From: Amoebidium appalachense
Taxonomy: Eukaryota > Protista > Ichthyosporea
Assembly: GCA_963693365.1 (NCBI GenBank)
Contig: CAVNZM010000013.1
Coordinates: 1,389,817-1,453,816, forward strand
Length of the DNA stretch: 64,000 nucleotides
Reading direction: 5' to 3'
Position numbers and translations under genes: made by a program. The notes beneath the pieces were generated by a model that saw nothing but the letters and a program-made list of their open reading frames with translations, had not been told where the DNA came from and ran no database searches. Position 1 is the first letter of the stretch. The number at the start of each line of letters is the position of its first letter. This document shows, piece after piece, positions 11,069 through 34,065 of this stretch.

Positions 11069-11950
11069 CACACGAGCCTTCGGGCTCCTTTTTCAGCCCA
11101 GGGTCGTTTGGTGACACACAGAGGGAGAGTTGTCCGGCAGCATTGCGTAAGTGTTGCGCAAGTAAAGATAAATTTTATCCGGTGAAAGCCAATCAAATCG
11201 ATAGATCTCTATTGTTACGTCATCGCGTCACCCTCCGCCTGTGTGACTCCGTGACAGTTGCCAAGCAGACACGAAAACTTTGTGTAAGGAAAAAAGAGGT
11301 TCTTCCATTGTTGGTAACTTACACGCCATTTACGTGCCTCAGCACCTCCCGTGTTCTCTGAAAATCCATAACATAATTCCAATTTCATGGTACTTTTTAC
11401 GCTGAGTTGGCCGACTCCGGGGATTCCGGCTAGGGCCCAACAGGATGTTGTTTTTGTCATACGCCTTGAAAAGGAAGAGGGCCCCCAGGCTTCTGCTGAG
11501 GAGCCTGCTCATTCGACCCATACAACAATTTCACTCCATAGGTTCTTGTTTTACCGAAAACAGCCCAAATTAGGCACTCGTTTGAACACATAGTGTGAAA
11601 AGAAAAAGGCAGGAGGGACAGAGACCAGGAGGTGAGGGAGGCTGGAGGGAGTTTAGTGTGTGGAGCAAAATTTGAGGCGGAAATTCCAGGGTGGTATGCA
11701 TGCATCTTTTGGTAGGACTGGCATGAAAACTTCTTTTCATGCTGAAGGCGAGCACCATAGCTCGTCTTGCCTTACGCCAGCCTTGTGCAACAAACCTTTC
11801 TCGACTGCAACTGAAACATTCCAATAGTGCCCTGCAAAACCTTTTGCTTTTTAAAACTAAGCATGTAATGGTGCCAGACTTGAAATCCCAAGTTAAAACT
11901 TGACAAATCTTTAGCCTTTAGAGCCTCTCGTGGCAGTTCCCCACTCCCCC

Positions 11951-12009
<59 letters not shown>

Positions 12010-12562
12010 ACACACCCTCCTCCCCCTCGAGATCGGCACACCTTTTTGTCCCACTTATTCACGCTGTTGATTGTGTGAAACTACCTTTGCTGTTAGCTGA
12101 CTGTCTCAAAAAAACGTAAGTGTGGTGGCGATGTTGGCCGCGCGAGGAGGAGGGGGGCCGGGGAGGAGGGAGGGGAAGGTTGTTGTTGGCTGGTGGGGGG
12201 CGACGGAGGGCTGGGTGCACGTGTGCTATTCACATCCAGCTAATCGTCTTCTAGTCACGGTACTTCACACACAGACATCATAAGGAATGGACATATGACA
12301 TGAAGACATGTACGGTGAATGCCATACACGTGAAGGCAGTGTAGCACAATCAACCTACCCCTTCCCCCCCCCCCCCCCCCCCCCCCTCCCCGTGCTCTCA
12401 TGATCAGTGGCCCGATGCCCTTGATATTATTGGGCTGAGCAACATTCACGTAGTTATCTACGTACCACCTCACCTCAACCTGGTCCTGATGCACTTGTGA
12501 TGGTATCACCCAACATAAATAACGTAGACATACGACGAACTTGGATCTATCAAGCCCGTGGT

Positions 12563-12593
<31 letters not shown>

Positions 12594-12922
12594 GGGGGAG
12601 GGGGGGGGGAGGGGGGGGGGAGGGGGAGATACCATTGTGGTGGCACCTGCATGTGGAGCTGGTTCTGAATACCGCTATCGGGCTGTGTTCACTGAGGGGG
12701 ATGTCGCCGCCGGCAGGGGAGTCGAGTGGATGGATGAGGGTAGGGGTGGTACGTTCCCCCCATGATCCTTGACTCAAATGTTGAAAAATTTATATGGCTT
12801 CCGTTTCTTCACCCACATAGTTGCCAATTGTATTGTGGCATGCATGAAAATGAACACTATGCTGCATTTTGAATAAAGCCCAGTAGTATATATCTCCGTT
12901 TTTCTTTTCTTTTCTGTTTCTG

Positions 12923-12953
<31 letters not shown>

Positions 12954-13753
12954 TTTGGGGGGGGGGGGGAGACTCAGGGGAGGGGTGGAGGGGTGGAGGA
13001 GAGGGGCCCGGGGAGGAGAGGGGGAGGGGTCACCGGGAGGAGAGGGGCCCGGGGAGGAGGGGGAGGGTCTAGATATTGGTGGCTTAGCTAGCATCCTATC
13101 GGAGCCCATTTTTTCTGCAACATCCTGTCTTGGACCACACAACCTTTGTACTTGCCAATTACTATTTTTAAAAATCTATTGCATTATTTTTTGCGCCCGA
13201 TGAAGTACCGTCACCGTAAGCAGGTCACATAATTTCTAAGCAGTTAAATGCTCTGGTTATATTATATTCTACACACTAAGCAAGTCTGCCAAACAGCTGC
13301 TTTTCTAACAACCAGGGTGGTAGGTTAAAAAAAAAAAAAAGTTAAAACACCGCTGATGCTGTTACAGTACAGTACTACCAAAGGAGGCCGAAAGAAGGAA
13401 GACCAAAGTAAACTCCAGAAACACCTTGAACATTATGGCCAGCACAATTGGCAAGGCTTCCGAAGAGCCCAAAGCAAGAGCACATAAGCGGAGAGCACAT
13501 GTTTATCCCGTAGAAACCACTATAAATCACAAGAATCCACAAGAATCCACAAGAATCCCCAGCTTTCCACTAACTTTTTTACCGAGGTATTCAGACAGCG
13601 AGAGTAAACAAAAAAAAACAAAAAAAAAACAAGCACATAACATAGTAGGCACAAGCGTTAGAAACTCTTGAATACAAACGCGTATATCGAAGGCAAACAC
13701 AATCGAGACCCCAAAAGCTTTTCTCCAGGGGTAGGGACCAATTAAATTCTCAC

Positions 13754-14101
13754 TCACAGCGAGAAGGAAGCAGACACCCGGAAAGCCGACGTGACCTGCA
13801 TCACCCGTCTGGTAGCACTGAACTTACCGCCCCAACGCGAGTTTCCATCCGACCGCATCCTCTCCGCGTGCGTGTCAAAATACTCCTGCAGGCTCTGCCT
13901 ATTACTTAGAACATACTGCACACAGAAAAGTTTGCGCCCGTTTGCGCCCTCCCCCTCAACTGTTCGGATGGTCGCCGAGGTGAAACCTGGGTAGGACATG
14001 ACTGTCTCCACGTGTGGCTTAAGCCATGCAAGATAGCGGTCGACGATGTCTGCGTCAACCTCGAGGTCAACCTCGTAAACGATTTCGTCCCGCTGGGCCA
14101 T
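13754..14101 (-). CDS. DUF4286 family protein (dimeric alpha/beta barrel), intronless
   Basis: IVYEVDLEVD...YLAWLKPHV..VMSYPGF.SA...CVQY...LQEYFDTHAERMRSDG..RWGGKFSATRR matches the family pattern. Confidence 0.85.
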   Translation of the reverse strand: MAQRDEIVYEVDLEVDADIVDRYLAWLKPHVETVMSYPGFTSATIRTVEGEGANGRKLFCVQYVLSNRQSLQEYFDTHAERMRSDGNSRWGGKFSATRRVMQVTSAFRVSASFSL

Positions 14102-15469
14102 GTTGTGCGTAGACCAAAAAAGGCGTCACAGTACTATAGCTATGTAGTTGTTGTGAGGGATGTTTCAGCAACTCACTCGTACGCAGAAGCTGTGTCTTGC
14201 AGTCTCAGGCCCCGCGTGAACTAATGTTGCAGACCTTACAACGAACAACTAACCATCAACAACAGAAAGAAGCTAAAAGTACCATCCGTTTTGGTTTCTC
14301 AAATTTCCCTTTTTACTCCTAAGGTTTGCGCTCTGCGGGGCCAGTTTCAGTTTTTTTCTGCGCAGCAACCGAAGATGGAAAAATTCCTCAGGGTGATGCG
14401 TGCGCCAATCAAAAGGTGGCTGACATCTCGAAGAAAATTACGTCACGAACTGCGACGAAGCCCATCGATTGGTTCGGAACGCACCGTTTGATAGCCCCAG
14501 GTGTCGCACACGTGTTTGGTCAGCTGTTATCAGCAATGGACGTGAATGGATATAAAAAAAAACACGCGTCAGTGTGTAAAACGATAAAATAATATAACGG
14601 GCGTACACAAGATGTAGAATCTACGAATCTTGGGATGCATTGCCCTGTCAACAACGTCATAGTTTCATTGTGGTTGATGGGTATACGTGGGGTGGTAGCT
14701 ATAGCGTTGGTTGGGGGGTGTGTGAGAAAGTTTTGAGGTTGTAGCTAATATGGGGGAGTCCACACACAGTAATCCCATTGACACATCCAAGGACGTCGCT
14801 ACATTTATGAGCACGTCCCTCTTGTCGCCAGTTATCATCCATCGACTCCGGCAAAAATGCATGGGTAGAGAGGGCGTGTGTGATAAAATCTCAACTAAAA
14901 GGGTTGCCTCATAAACAACTAAGTGACATGCAGCCGCACAGATATTGATATGGGGAGAGGGTGTGCTAATTTTTTTTTGGAAGGAAGTGGGTGGTGGATT
15001 GTATTGTGTACATGTGTGTGTGTGTGAGGTGGAGGTGCTGGCCGGGGCGTGGAAGAGGGAGGGAAGGGGGGATGTACAATAAATAGCGCAACACACTATT
15101 ACTAGCACGACACGAAACGGCGGCGAAGAGATCTTTGATGATCCAAAGCAAAAACAACAGTTGCGCAGTTGAGTGTTTGTTACAAGCGTGGGTGAGCATG
15201 CCGGCATGTAAGCACGCACGGGTGTGCACTGAGTGCAATCAAGTTCTTTTGTGTAGTTGTATTTGTGTGTGTGATGGTGGTGGTAGTGGTCGTGGGTGGG
15301 TGGGTGGGTGGGTGGGTGGGCGGGGAGGAGGAGGCAGCGATGAATGATCATACAACAAGGCAAAATTTTCCGACTGTCACCAACACTTTACTGTCCGACC
15401 CACCGCCCACCAGCGCAGGCAGGAATCGGCATCATGCATGACAACGGCCCAATCAAATCGACAAACACT

Positions 15470-15716
15470 TTATGCGGTGGTCTTCTTGGGGGCGCTGCGG
15501 GTGTCAGTCTTCTTCTGGCCGGGGCGGAAGCGGGGAGGGGGGTCGCGGTTGCGGCGCAGAGTGCGGCTGCGGTTGCGCACCACCTTGGCGTGGATGGCGC
15601 ACGAGATGCAGTGGTGCGTCTTGACGTACAGCTTGGGCAGAGCGTAGGCTGGGGGGAAAGAGAACGCCGGTAAGTAAAACGGGGAGACAGCTTGGGTAAA
15701 GCATAGGGTAAAGGCA

Positions 15717-15750
<34 letters not shown>

Positions 15751-16196
15751 GGGGGGGGGAGAAAACGTAAGAAATTGAAAAGGGGAGAGAGCTCGGGGTA
15801 GAGCGCAGGGTAGGGCGGGAGAAAGGGCAAAGTAAGTAAGGGAGACAGGGAGCCTTGGTTCACAGCAATTACACGACATGAGCAAATAGCACTCCCTTGT
15901 GTGTGAAAAAAAATAGGCAAGGGCCCTTTTTTTCCCCGGAGAGGGAGGAAAGGGGGGGGGGGGGGGGGGGGGCACATGGACATATATGCAGAGGGTGTGA
16001 AAAAAAGCATCCCTAATGTGTGTGTGTGCACATGTGTGGCGTGGAAGACCCCGAGGGGGAAAGGTCGAAAAAAACAACAGGTATCCTTATGTGTGCTTGT
16101 GAGAGAGTGGGCGGACGTGCATGTTCGTGGTGGTTCAGGGGGCGCTGGGAGGTGAGGGTGGAAGGGGGGTTTTAGAATGTGTTAGTGTGTAGATGT

Positions 16197-16227
<31 letters not shown>

Positions 16228-18350
16228 GGGGGCATGGCATATGCAGGTGATACTAGATGGCACAGAAGCACGATGAGCAGCACTAAAGAGGCAAACACAT
16301 TATGCATTGAAATCCAGTCTCCTTGTGCATGTGTGTGCACAAGGACCTTCATTCTCTCACACACACACGTAGACACACCACACACACATAGACACACACA
16401 CCATCCCATACCACCAGAAGGCGCAGCAGGCTCTACAACACAGGAACAGCACCAAGCGCAACAGCATCCGGACTGCTCCCATCCTCCCCTCCCCCAGCTC
16501 CATCGCCCATCACCCCCCCCCCCCCCCCCAGAAAGTGAACAAAAAAAAAAGAAGGAAATAACAGCCCCCGTGGCTTGGTAACAGAGCGGTGTAGGTTTCC
16601 CGAGCAAAGGTAGTAAAGTTTAGGCACAAAACAGATGCACAAAGGTGCACAAGCGTGTACATACACATATACAACATCATCGGCAAGGTGTTATGTGTCG
16701 TGTGTGCGTGCGAGCAAGTGCAAGTATGTGCAGCAAGGTGCCCTACACATTTGACAGAGGTAGCAATTCTGCTGTGTTTGTGTGCGTGGCAGCAGTAGTG
16801 GAGGGTATTTTGTTGCATGAGGTGCCAACAAAGTGCCGCCAGGCATTCAGTGTTGAGTTGCATATGTGCTTGCAGGTGAGTGTGTATGTGTCCCGTTGCA
16901 CTCTTTGCCAAGTTGCTCCTGCCCGTCGTGGGTGCATTTTCGATTGTGTTGATTGTTGCTAGCCTTTGCTCAATAAGCTCTAAATCAAAAACCCGTCCGT
17001 ATACAAGTTCGTTCCCAAATCGGTCCCTTTCATCTTCCGAACCCCGAGATTCCGTGGAAACCCTCTTTGCCGATCGTCCCTCCCTAACTTGCTATTTGAC
17101 GGCTGACCCACAAGTACCCACATATTCCCCTTCCCGGAACAAGCCTCTATGCACGGAAAAGTGAATGCTTCCTCCACTCAATATACAAAGAATCCCGTCA
17201 GGTCTGCTGGTCCCTTCACCTGCCCCTCAATGCAGATGTAACCAAACATTCGTCGGCTACACTGCTCGGAGCCAGAATACATCTAACAGCTGCGGCGACA
17301 CTGTGGACAACAATACGTGTCCCAGAACCATTCCCAAAAAAAGTCTGGAGCGGTATGTGGCAAAGCCCATTGTGAACAATGCACACACAAATGCAACAGC
17401 AAGGGGTACATACTCTCGTAGATGGAAGCCTCCTGGATATCACGGATGGCAGCCTGCTCCACGATGTTGCGGATCATGAAGCGCTTGATCGCCTTGTCCT
17501 TGGGGCAAGAGCGAGCGCAGTTAGTGCAGCGGACAGGCTTAACATGGCCACGGCCGTGCTTGGACCGCCCGTTGTTCCTCCGCTTCTGGGTCTGCAGGGC
17601 AAGAACATGTAAGCCATCTGCCCAAGACACCGAACCTATCCCTGCACTCCCCCGTAAAACAGTTGCCTTTCATGTGGCATATAGTAGGAGGGAGAGAGCT
17701 TGTGTGCTGCGATAGTAGTCCACTCCACGGAAAGGCTGATTGGCTGGAATTAAAAACCGTGTATACTTAGGTGCTGTGCTAAACAAAAGACGAAGCCGTT
17801 TCCTTTGTCAGAGCCGTTTCCCTGGGCTCAAAGATCATGGTTGCCAAAAGACGTATGATATCTGTGTCTGTGAAATCTACTTTGTTTCAAAACTGCCTGT
17901 GTTGGCCCGTTGAACCAAAAGAAACTGTCTGAAGATCTGCCCTTCTGCCCATTATGTCGGAGTGCTTGAAACATCTGCGGGAGAATCGTCCAGCGGTGGG
18001 ACAACCCAAGGACGGACGTGAAGCTCTGGACTGTCCACAGTATGCGATCGGTCGTTCCCTGGAGTACCATTCGTCTCCCCCACCCAAAAAGCCGCCGCCA
18101 TACTAAACTATTGGAGGTAGAAAATGTCAAATATTCTTGGTGCTTGAGAGAATTGCGCCACCTAACAACATTGGTGAAAAATGATTAACGAAATCGCAGT
18201 TGCATCGCCCTTGGTCGGGGCACCCGTCTCTCTATCCATCCCTATCCGTATTACATCCCTCCGTATCTTCCAGCATCCATCCTCGAACTATCGTCCAAAA
18301 ATCCCACAGCAGGGATATGCTAAGGGTAATAAATCTGCAACGCTCACCAT
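15470..18350 (-). CDS. RPS26: 40S ribosomal protein S26 (eS26); exons 18350-18348 (ATG), 17591-17414, 15648-15470
   Basis: [39 protein letters not shown]...[27 protein letters not shown]...KKTTA*; GT-AG introns in phase. Confidence 0.97.
16724..16842 (-). ncRNA. Candidate two-hairpin H/ACA snoRNA in RPS26 intron 2
   Basis: Hairpin (tggcggca/tgctgcca; tttgttg/caacaaa), ACACAA H-box match, hairpin (cagcag/ttgctg; ctac/gtag), ACA-tac; no convincing rRNA target recognised. Confidence 0.3.
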
Positions 18351-18382
18351 TTTGATAGCTGGAAGGGTATTCCGACTGCACC

Positions 18383-18394
18383 AAAAGGAAAGGG
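18383..18394 (-). promoter_or_regulatory. Pyrimidine tract (TCT/5'TOP-like) upstream of RPS26 ATG
   Basis: ccctttcctttt 32 nt before the ATG. Confidence 0.5.
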
Positions 18395-19161
18395 CCCGTC
18401 CTGTCCCGTGCTGACTTGAATCAACGCTGGCCGCCGGAGCGTGTCACACGGGGCAGCCTGTGTGGAATCGGCCACCGCCAGCAGCTGACATTCAGCAAAT
18501 CAATGTGTAATTGTGTTATCTACAACCAATCACCGTCGGGTGTGGTTACGTAAGTTTTAGATCTGGGCATAAAGCCGACGGCCGAGAACGAAACTATGAC
18601 CAGAACATAGAACTTTCGAGGGTTGCACAGTGTGGAAAGGTATAGGTCTGGGAAGGTGATTAGGAATATTGCATCTGCAGGATGAACGTGGAATAAGACC
18701 CAACATTACTGGATATGCGCCGGCGGGCCAGCGACTCTTCTTAAGTCAGGAAAAAAACATAACACTAGATGTTCTCCAAGCCTGTCCGCCTGGTAACCAA
18801 CCAAGCATGGTAGACCCTTTGTCAAGAAAATCTCGCTGTCTGTTTTCTATCCTCTGAGTTCTTACTACCGACAGACCTTTAGCCTATAGCGCACACTTGC
18901 TTCAACAGTGGGTTCGTTTCTTTTTTGCTTTGGTGACACACGCTCTTTCCACTCTACTGCCAAAGAGATACCGAGCTCTAGCAGAAAGGACGACTCAATG
19001 TATATCCAATAAACATGCCTGTGTGGGTCAGCGCAAATCAAGAATATAGCTCTGCTGGAGTTGTGTCTACACCGTCAGTATAACTTTCACTGTCCCTCCC
19101 CATCTAGTTGCTGAAATGAACCCCCCCCCCCCCCCCCAGTCTTCTTTCAGAGGTGTCCTTT

Positions 19162-20030
19162 CAGGACAGACCACTGTGTGGAGACCGCTTTACTTCCATG
19201 CAACCGGGCATGGTTGCTCTGTGTCGTGCATCTGTAAGCACATACACATTTTTCGCTGCACTGCATTAGTTTGCACACACATCTTCACCGTTTTGCTCAC
19301 CTTGCTTGCATAAGCAACCCTGCTCGTCTTTGATCAAGACGGGTTGACCCGCCCAAGCTCAGTTGATGCTGCTGTCTGAGTTGGAGTGTCGTATATACGC
19401 GGGCTAAGGGGTCGAAACTCAGACGCAATTGATGACTTGGGTCCTCCCTGAGGATGGGCTCTGCTTATGACGCATACTGTGCACATGGCTGATGTTGCAT
19501 ACTTGAATGTTTGCCTTTGCATGTGTCCTGCACCATGCTTCTCGTCGTGTATGCGTACTTTGTACCGTGTTCCGCATTCAAAACCCCCCCCCCCCCCCAC
19601 CCAGGACAGACCACTGTGTGGAGACCGCTTTACTTCCATGCAACCGGGCAGGGTTGCTCTGTGTCGTGCATCTGTAAGCACATACTCTTTTTTCGCTGCA
19701 CTGCATTAGTTTGCACACACACCTTCACCGTTTTGCTCACCTTGCTTGCATAAGCAACCCTGCTCGTCTTTGATCAAGACGGGTTGACCCGCCCAAGTTC
19801 AGTTGATGCTGCTGTCTGAGTTGGAGCGTCGTATATACGCGGGCTAAGGGGTCGAAACTCAGACGCAATTGATGACTTGGGTCCTTTTGAGGATGGGCTC
19901 TGCTTATGACGCATACTGTGCACATGGCTGATGTTGCATACTTGAATGTTTGCCTTTGCATGTGTCCTGCACCATGCTTCTCGTCGTGTATGCGTACTTC
20001 GTACCGTGTTCCGCATTCAAACCCCCCCCC
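19162..20030. repeat. Tandem duplication, ~440-bp unit, 2 copies
   Basis: caggacagaccactgtgtggagaccg at 19162 and 19602, near-identical downstream. Confidence 0.95.
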
Positions 20031-21833
20031 CTTCCCCCCACCCCTCCTTTCCCTCCCTCCCTGTCCCTCGCTCCCTCACACAAGCCCCCCAATTATGCAT
20101 TCAGCTCTCCCGCCACTTTCCCATGGCTGTGCAGGCAAGAGCCTTTCTTGGCTTTCAACATCCTAGTTATTAGGGTTCCCTTCAACATTAACATCCCTGT
20201 CAGTCTAGGCACACGCATCTCGGTCAAACCATAGCCCATATTTGGGTGACCATGGCGGCTAACCGGCAATTTGTTAGATGTACCAAAAGCTTCAACTTCG
20301 TTCCCCATTTGTAGTCCCTCGATTCCGTGCATCCGATCAACCTTGCCGCAAGGCATGCACTTGTTCATTAGCAGTCATGTTTGCGTGCGGTTTCCGACTT
20401 GGCTTCGTTGTTTTGCTATGTTTACTCGTAGTCTGAATGGTAGGTTAATAAAGAACACATCTGTCTGGGTGACGCTTGTGTGGGGGTGTGGGTGTAAGTG
20501 GATGGTTGCCCCCGGTGGGTGGGTGGGTGGATGGGTGGCGCGCGTGTGCGCGTGTGTGTTTCTGAAAAAGAGTGAGTGGGCGTGTGGGTGTCTGTGTGTG
20601 AGAAAGTGATGTGCGCACGTGCACGTGTTAGCGAGTGCGTGCGTGTGTGTGTGTCTGTGTGTCTGTGTGTCCGGTGCAAGTGTGTGGGGGGGCAGGCGTG
20701 TGCGTGTCCGTGTGTGCGTGCGTGCGTTTTGTTAGGTTCTGTGTACGATCGTCGAGTTTGCACCTCTGTCAGGGCTGGTGAGTATGTGCGTGTGTACCGA
20801 CTCGTACACACGTGAGTGTGCTGCATGCGGGTGCACGTGTGTGGCTTATACTCCTGTCCGCAAAAAATCTTGTTTTTTATGTTTTTTCACCTTTCCCTTC
20901 TCTCTCTTACCTCTCGTTCTCCCCCCCCCCCTCCCCCTCAAACACCCTCGGTGCAAATCCTGGTGTGTGTGTGTGTGTGTCTGTGCGTGCGCACACACAC
21001 GTGTGTGTGTTCGGCTGTGTGTGTGTGTGTGTTGGGCAGGTGTATGTGTGTGTGGGGGGGGGGGGGGGGGGGGAGGAGGATTCGGAAGCAACATTCTTCT
21101 TTATATCTTGTTATAACATAATACCACGCCATTACACCCGCCACACCTGCAGCACCTGAAAAAGAGTAGAGCTTTCCAGAGCCAAGACACAATCGCAGTT
21201 GCGAGTGAACCAGCACAACAACTCCACTAGCACTGCAAAACATTTGAACATATCAGCAGGTTCTCACCGTGACATACCGTTTTGTATGATTGGTGCATAT
21301 ATGCACATGTGATGCATACTATCAACTCTTTTTTGCCTGTGATGATCACATTCAAATACACACGAACATCGACTACGTGTAAGACAACTTAAACTCTAGC
21401 ACCCCAAATCACGAGAAGCCCAGGGCAACCAGGCAGGGGGGGGGGGGGGGGGGGGGGGGGTCATGTATGTATGTATGAAAACCGGTGGCAAACGTGGAAG
21501 CAAAGTCATAAAGACACAACCCCCAAAATAACAAAAAGCTTCAACAATAAATCAGGTATAAAACACTGAACATCATATGCATACCGTGATAATGCGGTGG
21601 TTGGGAGAATGTGTGTGTGTGTGCTTGTATGTGTGCGTGTGTGCACGGTGGGGGTGGGTGGGTGGGGGGGGGGGGGGGGGGGGGGGGAATATATCTCAGA
21701 GCGAGATAGAATACTTTAATATTTCAATTAACACGTTCAAGCATTCACAACAGAACCTAAAAAAAACCTGAAGAAACACCATTCAAGCGGAAGGAAAATG
21801 CACATCGTTGCCGCACATACAGTAGTTCATAAA

Positions 21834-21873
<40 letters not shown>

Positions 21874-21952
21874 GTTACGTGGCACGGGTTTTTGGATTCG
21901 TTCATGCTCTTTATCGATCACTTTCAAGTGCATACAACAAGTTGAAGAAACA

Positions 21953-30826
<8,874 letters not shown>

Positions 30827-30981
30827 ACTTTCCTTATTTCAGTTGCTAAGTATGTGGTCGAATCGCCGAAGATATAATCAACATGGGTATAAACCTGCAT
30901 GTGTTTGTGTGTGTGTTTTTATCTATTTATTTTTATTTTTTGGTTTTTTTTTCTTGTGTGTATGTGTGTGTTTGGGGGAGG

Positions 30982-31017
<36 letters not shown>

Positions 31018-32851
31018 GTTCTTGTACTTGTATGTAAGTGCCCATGTTTAGCCCTACGCTATCTACAAGCATGTGTGCACATGCGTTTTAAAGGCCGCAC
31101 ATCTTCACATGTCGGTGTGTATAAATGTATAGATGCACGACTGGCTTCCAACATCAAAGCGTGTGTATATAGGTTCATGTCTTGTCACATATCAGTAACT
31201 TGTGCATGTTTTGGTCTCCATTCTGCACACAAGTCTACTTGAATAGTCAATTCTTTCCAAGACTCAACGGAACTTCCCCTCTGTTACTTCCCCGTGCCAT
31301 GCCTCTTGCCCGTTGGTTATGTTCGAGCCATTTGCCAATGTATGTATGTCCGATGTACATCACTGCATATTTTATGCGTACTTTTTGCTGGGCTCGATAA
31401 GCAACAGCACAAAGAAACGAGTTGTGATGAGCAGCTTTTTGAGCTATGTCTTGTGCTTTAATGTTTCTCCTTCGTTCAATCGCCATCTGTGCCCCATCTA
31501 CTTCCAAGATGCAGAGCCTTCCCTAATCCCCCGCCTCCTTTGTTGCCTACACACACGCCTCCTCTCCCCCCCCCCCCCCCCCCCCCTCCTCGCTCCAAAA
31601 CTTACAGAAAAAAGAAAGGAAACAAAATATCTGTTACCCTCTGCTCCTCCATCCCGTACGTCCTTCCCTTCCACCTTTCTCTCCTTTCCAGCCTTACCAC
31701 CCATACCCCAGCCAACTCCTTACCTACTCACCAACACCGTCTTGAGCCCTCCTCCCCTACCCCCCCCCCCCCCCCCCCTCCTCCCCCACACAAACATGCG
31801 CACACATATCCACACACACAGACACACAAACCGTAAGCACACACAAACCTTTCCCCACACCCCGAAGCGTTCAACATACACGAAACACAACATCCTCAGC
31901 CTCAGCGAAATCTCACATGCACCGTCCCATTTCCACAAACACGCCCAACCCCTTGCTCCCCTCCTTTCTTGTCGGAATGCTTGGCATGGGTTTTCGTTGC
32001 TCAGTTATCCTGCTGATCCATGCCCACGCACCTTGCTTAGAAAAAGAACTGTTCCTTAATACTTTCAGCTCGCTCGGGGCTCCCTGTGTATTAGATATAG
32101 CTCTTACTTTGAGAAATCTGGAATGCGTGTTCACATTACTACATTTTTACTCGAGTCGAGAGAGAGGCTCAGAGAGCCCATGGGTCGAGAGTCTGGAAGT
32201 GGAGAGTCAATCGAGACGGTCACGGTGCAGGATTTTTGGGCGGGAAAATTCACCAATCAGATCTTCAGATCACTCATCCCCCCCCCTCCCCCCACAGGCT
32301 CCCACCCCCGGGCGCCCGACCGCCCGCCCGCCCGCCCGCCCACTCGCCCTGCCCGCCCGGCCCGCCGTCTGAGTATGCCCCAGGCCCCTCAAGCCTTCTA
32401 AAGCCACCATCCGATTCCCCGGCCCAGTTCCCCCACGCGTAACTTACCTCTAACAACTCGGCCTCCGGATCCTCCCTCTACCCTCCCCCCCTCCCCCCGC
32501 CCGGCCCCTTCCCCCCCCCCCCCACCCCCCTCCCCCCGCCCGGCCCTTCCTCCCCCCCCCCCCCCCCCCTCCCCCCGCCCGGCCCCTTCCCCCCCCCCCC
32601 CCCTCCCCCCGCGTCCGGGTCCCGCATCCTCCACGTGCACCGCGCGCCCCCGTGCCCTCAGCAGCACACACCTTTCATATATATGCATGGTTTCAAAAAT
32701 AATTGTGGGTTGGCAGGATGCCTCCTTTTCCGTCGCTTTTAGCCGACACGTGTAGGTGCGACACCCTTTTGATGATTAACTTTTACTGGCAACATTTTAG
32801 CAGTAAAGTATAATCCCTTCCCCCTTCTCCCCAACTCCCCCCTGCCCCTCC

Positions 32852-32898
<47 letters not shown>

Positions 32899-33288
32899 AT
32901 TGCCCTCCTTCCTCCTGACCCCGGGCCCCACACACTTCACATATACCAGGTGCCCCTTTCACAGTCATTTTTTGCCTCTTCCCTCCTCCCCCCCTCTCCC
33001 CCCTCCCCCAACCCCCGCGACATCCCCTCTCCCCCTCCCTCCTGAAGAACTCCGAGAATTCCCCCTCTCTCCTCTCCCCTCCCCCCCCCCCCCCCCCCCC
33101 TCCATTCCCTCAATAGAAAAAGGGTGACGTCGACCGGGGCCCTGCTTCCACCTTATGTACACCGGTTTTCAGCAGCGCACCATGATCACCACCCACCCTC
33201 CCATGTGGCCATGATTATTGCTCGAATTGTGCCCCCCGAACAGCCCGAACCCCACGGATCCAGGTTCCGAACCGCCTGAAGTAAATGC

Positions 33289-33345
<57 letters not shown>

Positions 33346-33491
33346 TGTGTGCGCGTGTGCGCGTGTGTGCGTGCGTGCGTGCGTGTGTGTGTGTGTGTGT
33401 GTGTGCGGGCGTATGTGTGTGTGCTTGCACATGTGCTTGTGTGAGTGTGTGTGCACACGTGCGGGTGTGCACGCACACACACATATCCGTT

Positions 33492-33537
<46 letters not shown>

Positions 33538-33804
33538 CCTCGTGAGTGCATGCGTCGATTGTTTGTGCGAATGTGTGTGTGTGCGGGCGGGCGGGCGGGC
33601 AGGCAGTCGAGGCCATAGACAGGCGGGTGGGAGGGCCGGTGTGTGTGTGTGTGTTTGTGTATGTGAAAGGGCCGTGGGAGGGAGGACGATTTTACTATGT
33701 GAACCAGTCAGTTAGTCTAAGAAGGAACTGTGTGCCTCGACGGTCCTGCAAGAGAGTACACTCGGGCAACTTCGGGTAGCACCCCTTCCTCTCACCCCGG
33801 GGGT

Positions 33805-33861
<57 letters not shown>

Positions 33862-34021
33862 CTGCTCTAATATTCTAGGAAACCTGTGGGGGCATAGGGG
33901 CTCGACTTGGTGTTCTCAGACACGATGGAGAGAGCTGGCAAAGCCAGAGGCACGTAAAAAGAAACCAATGTGTCTCTTCCTCTCGGCCTCTCTAGAGCTC
34001 TCTTGTGTGTGTGTGCGTATA

Positions 34022-34065
<44 letters not shown>

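Noticed and set aside
11700-13140. Exon-like unique segments on the minus strand
   Set aside because: Could not be joined in phase or assigned to a family.
32360-33960. Splice-site-flanked segments upstream of XRCC3
   Set aside because: No consistent reading frame; may be UTR or lncRNA exons.
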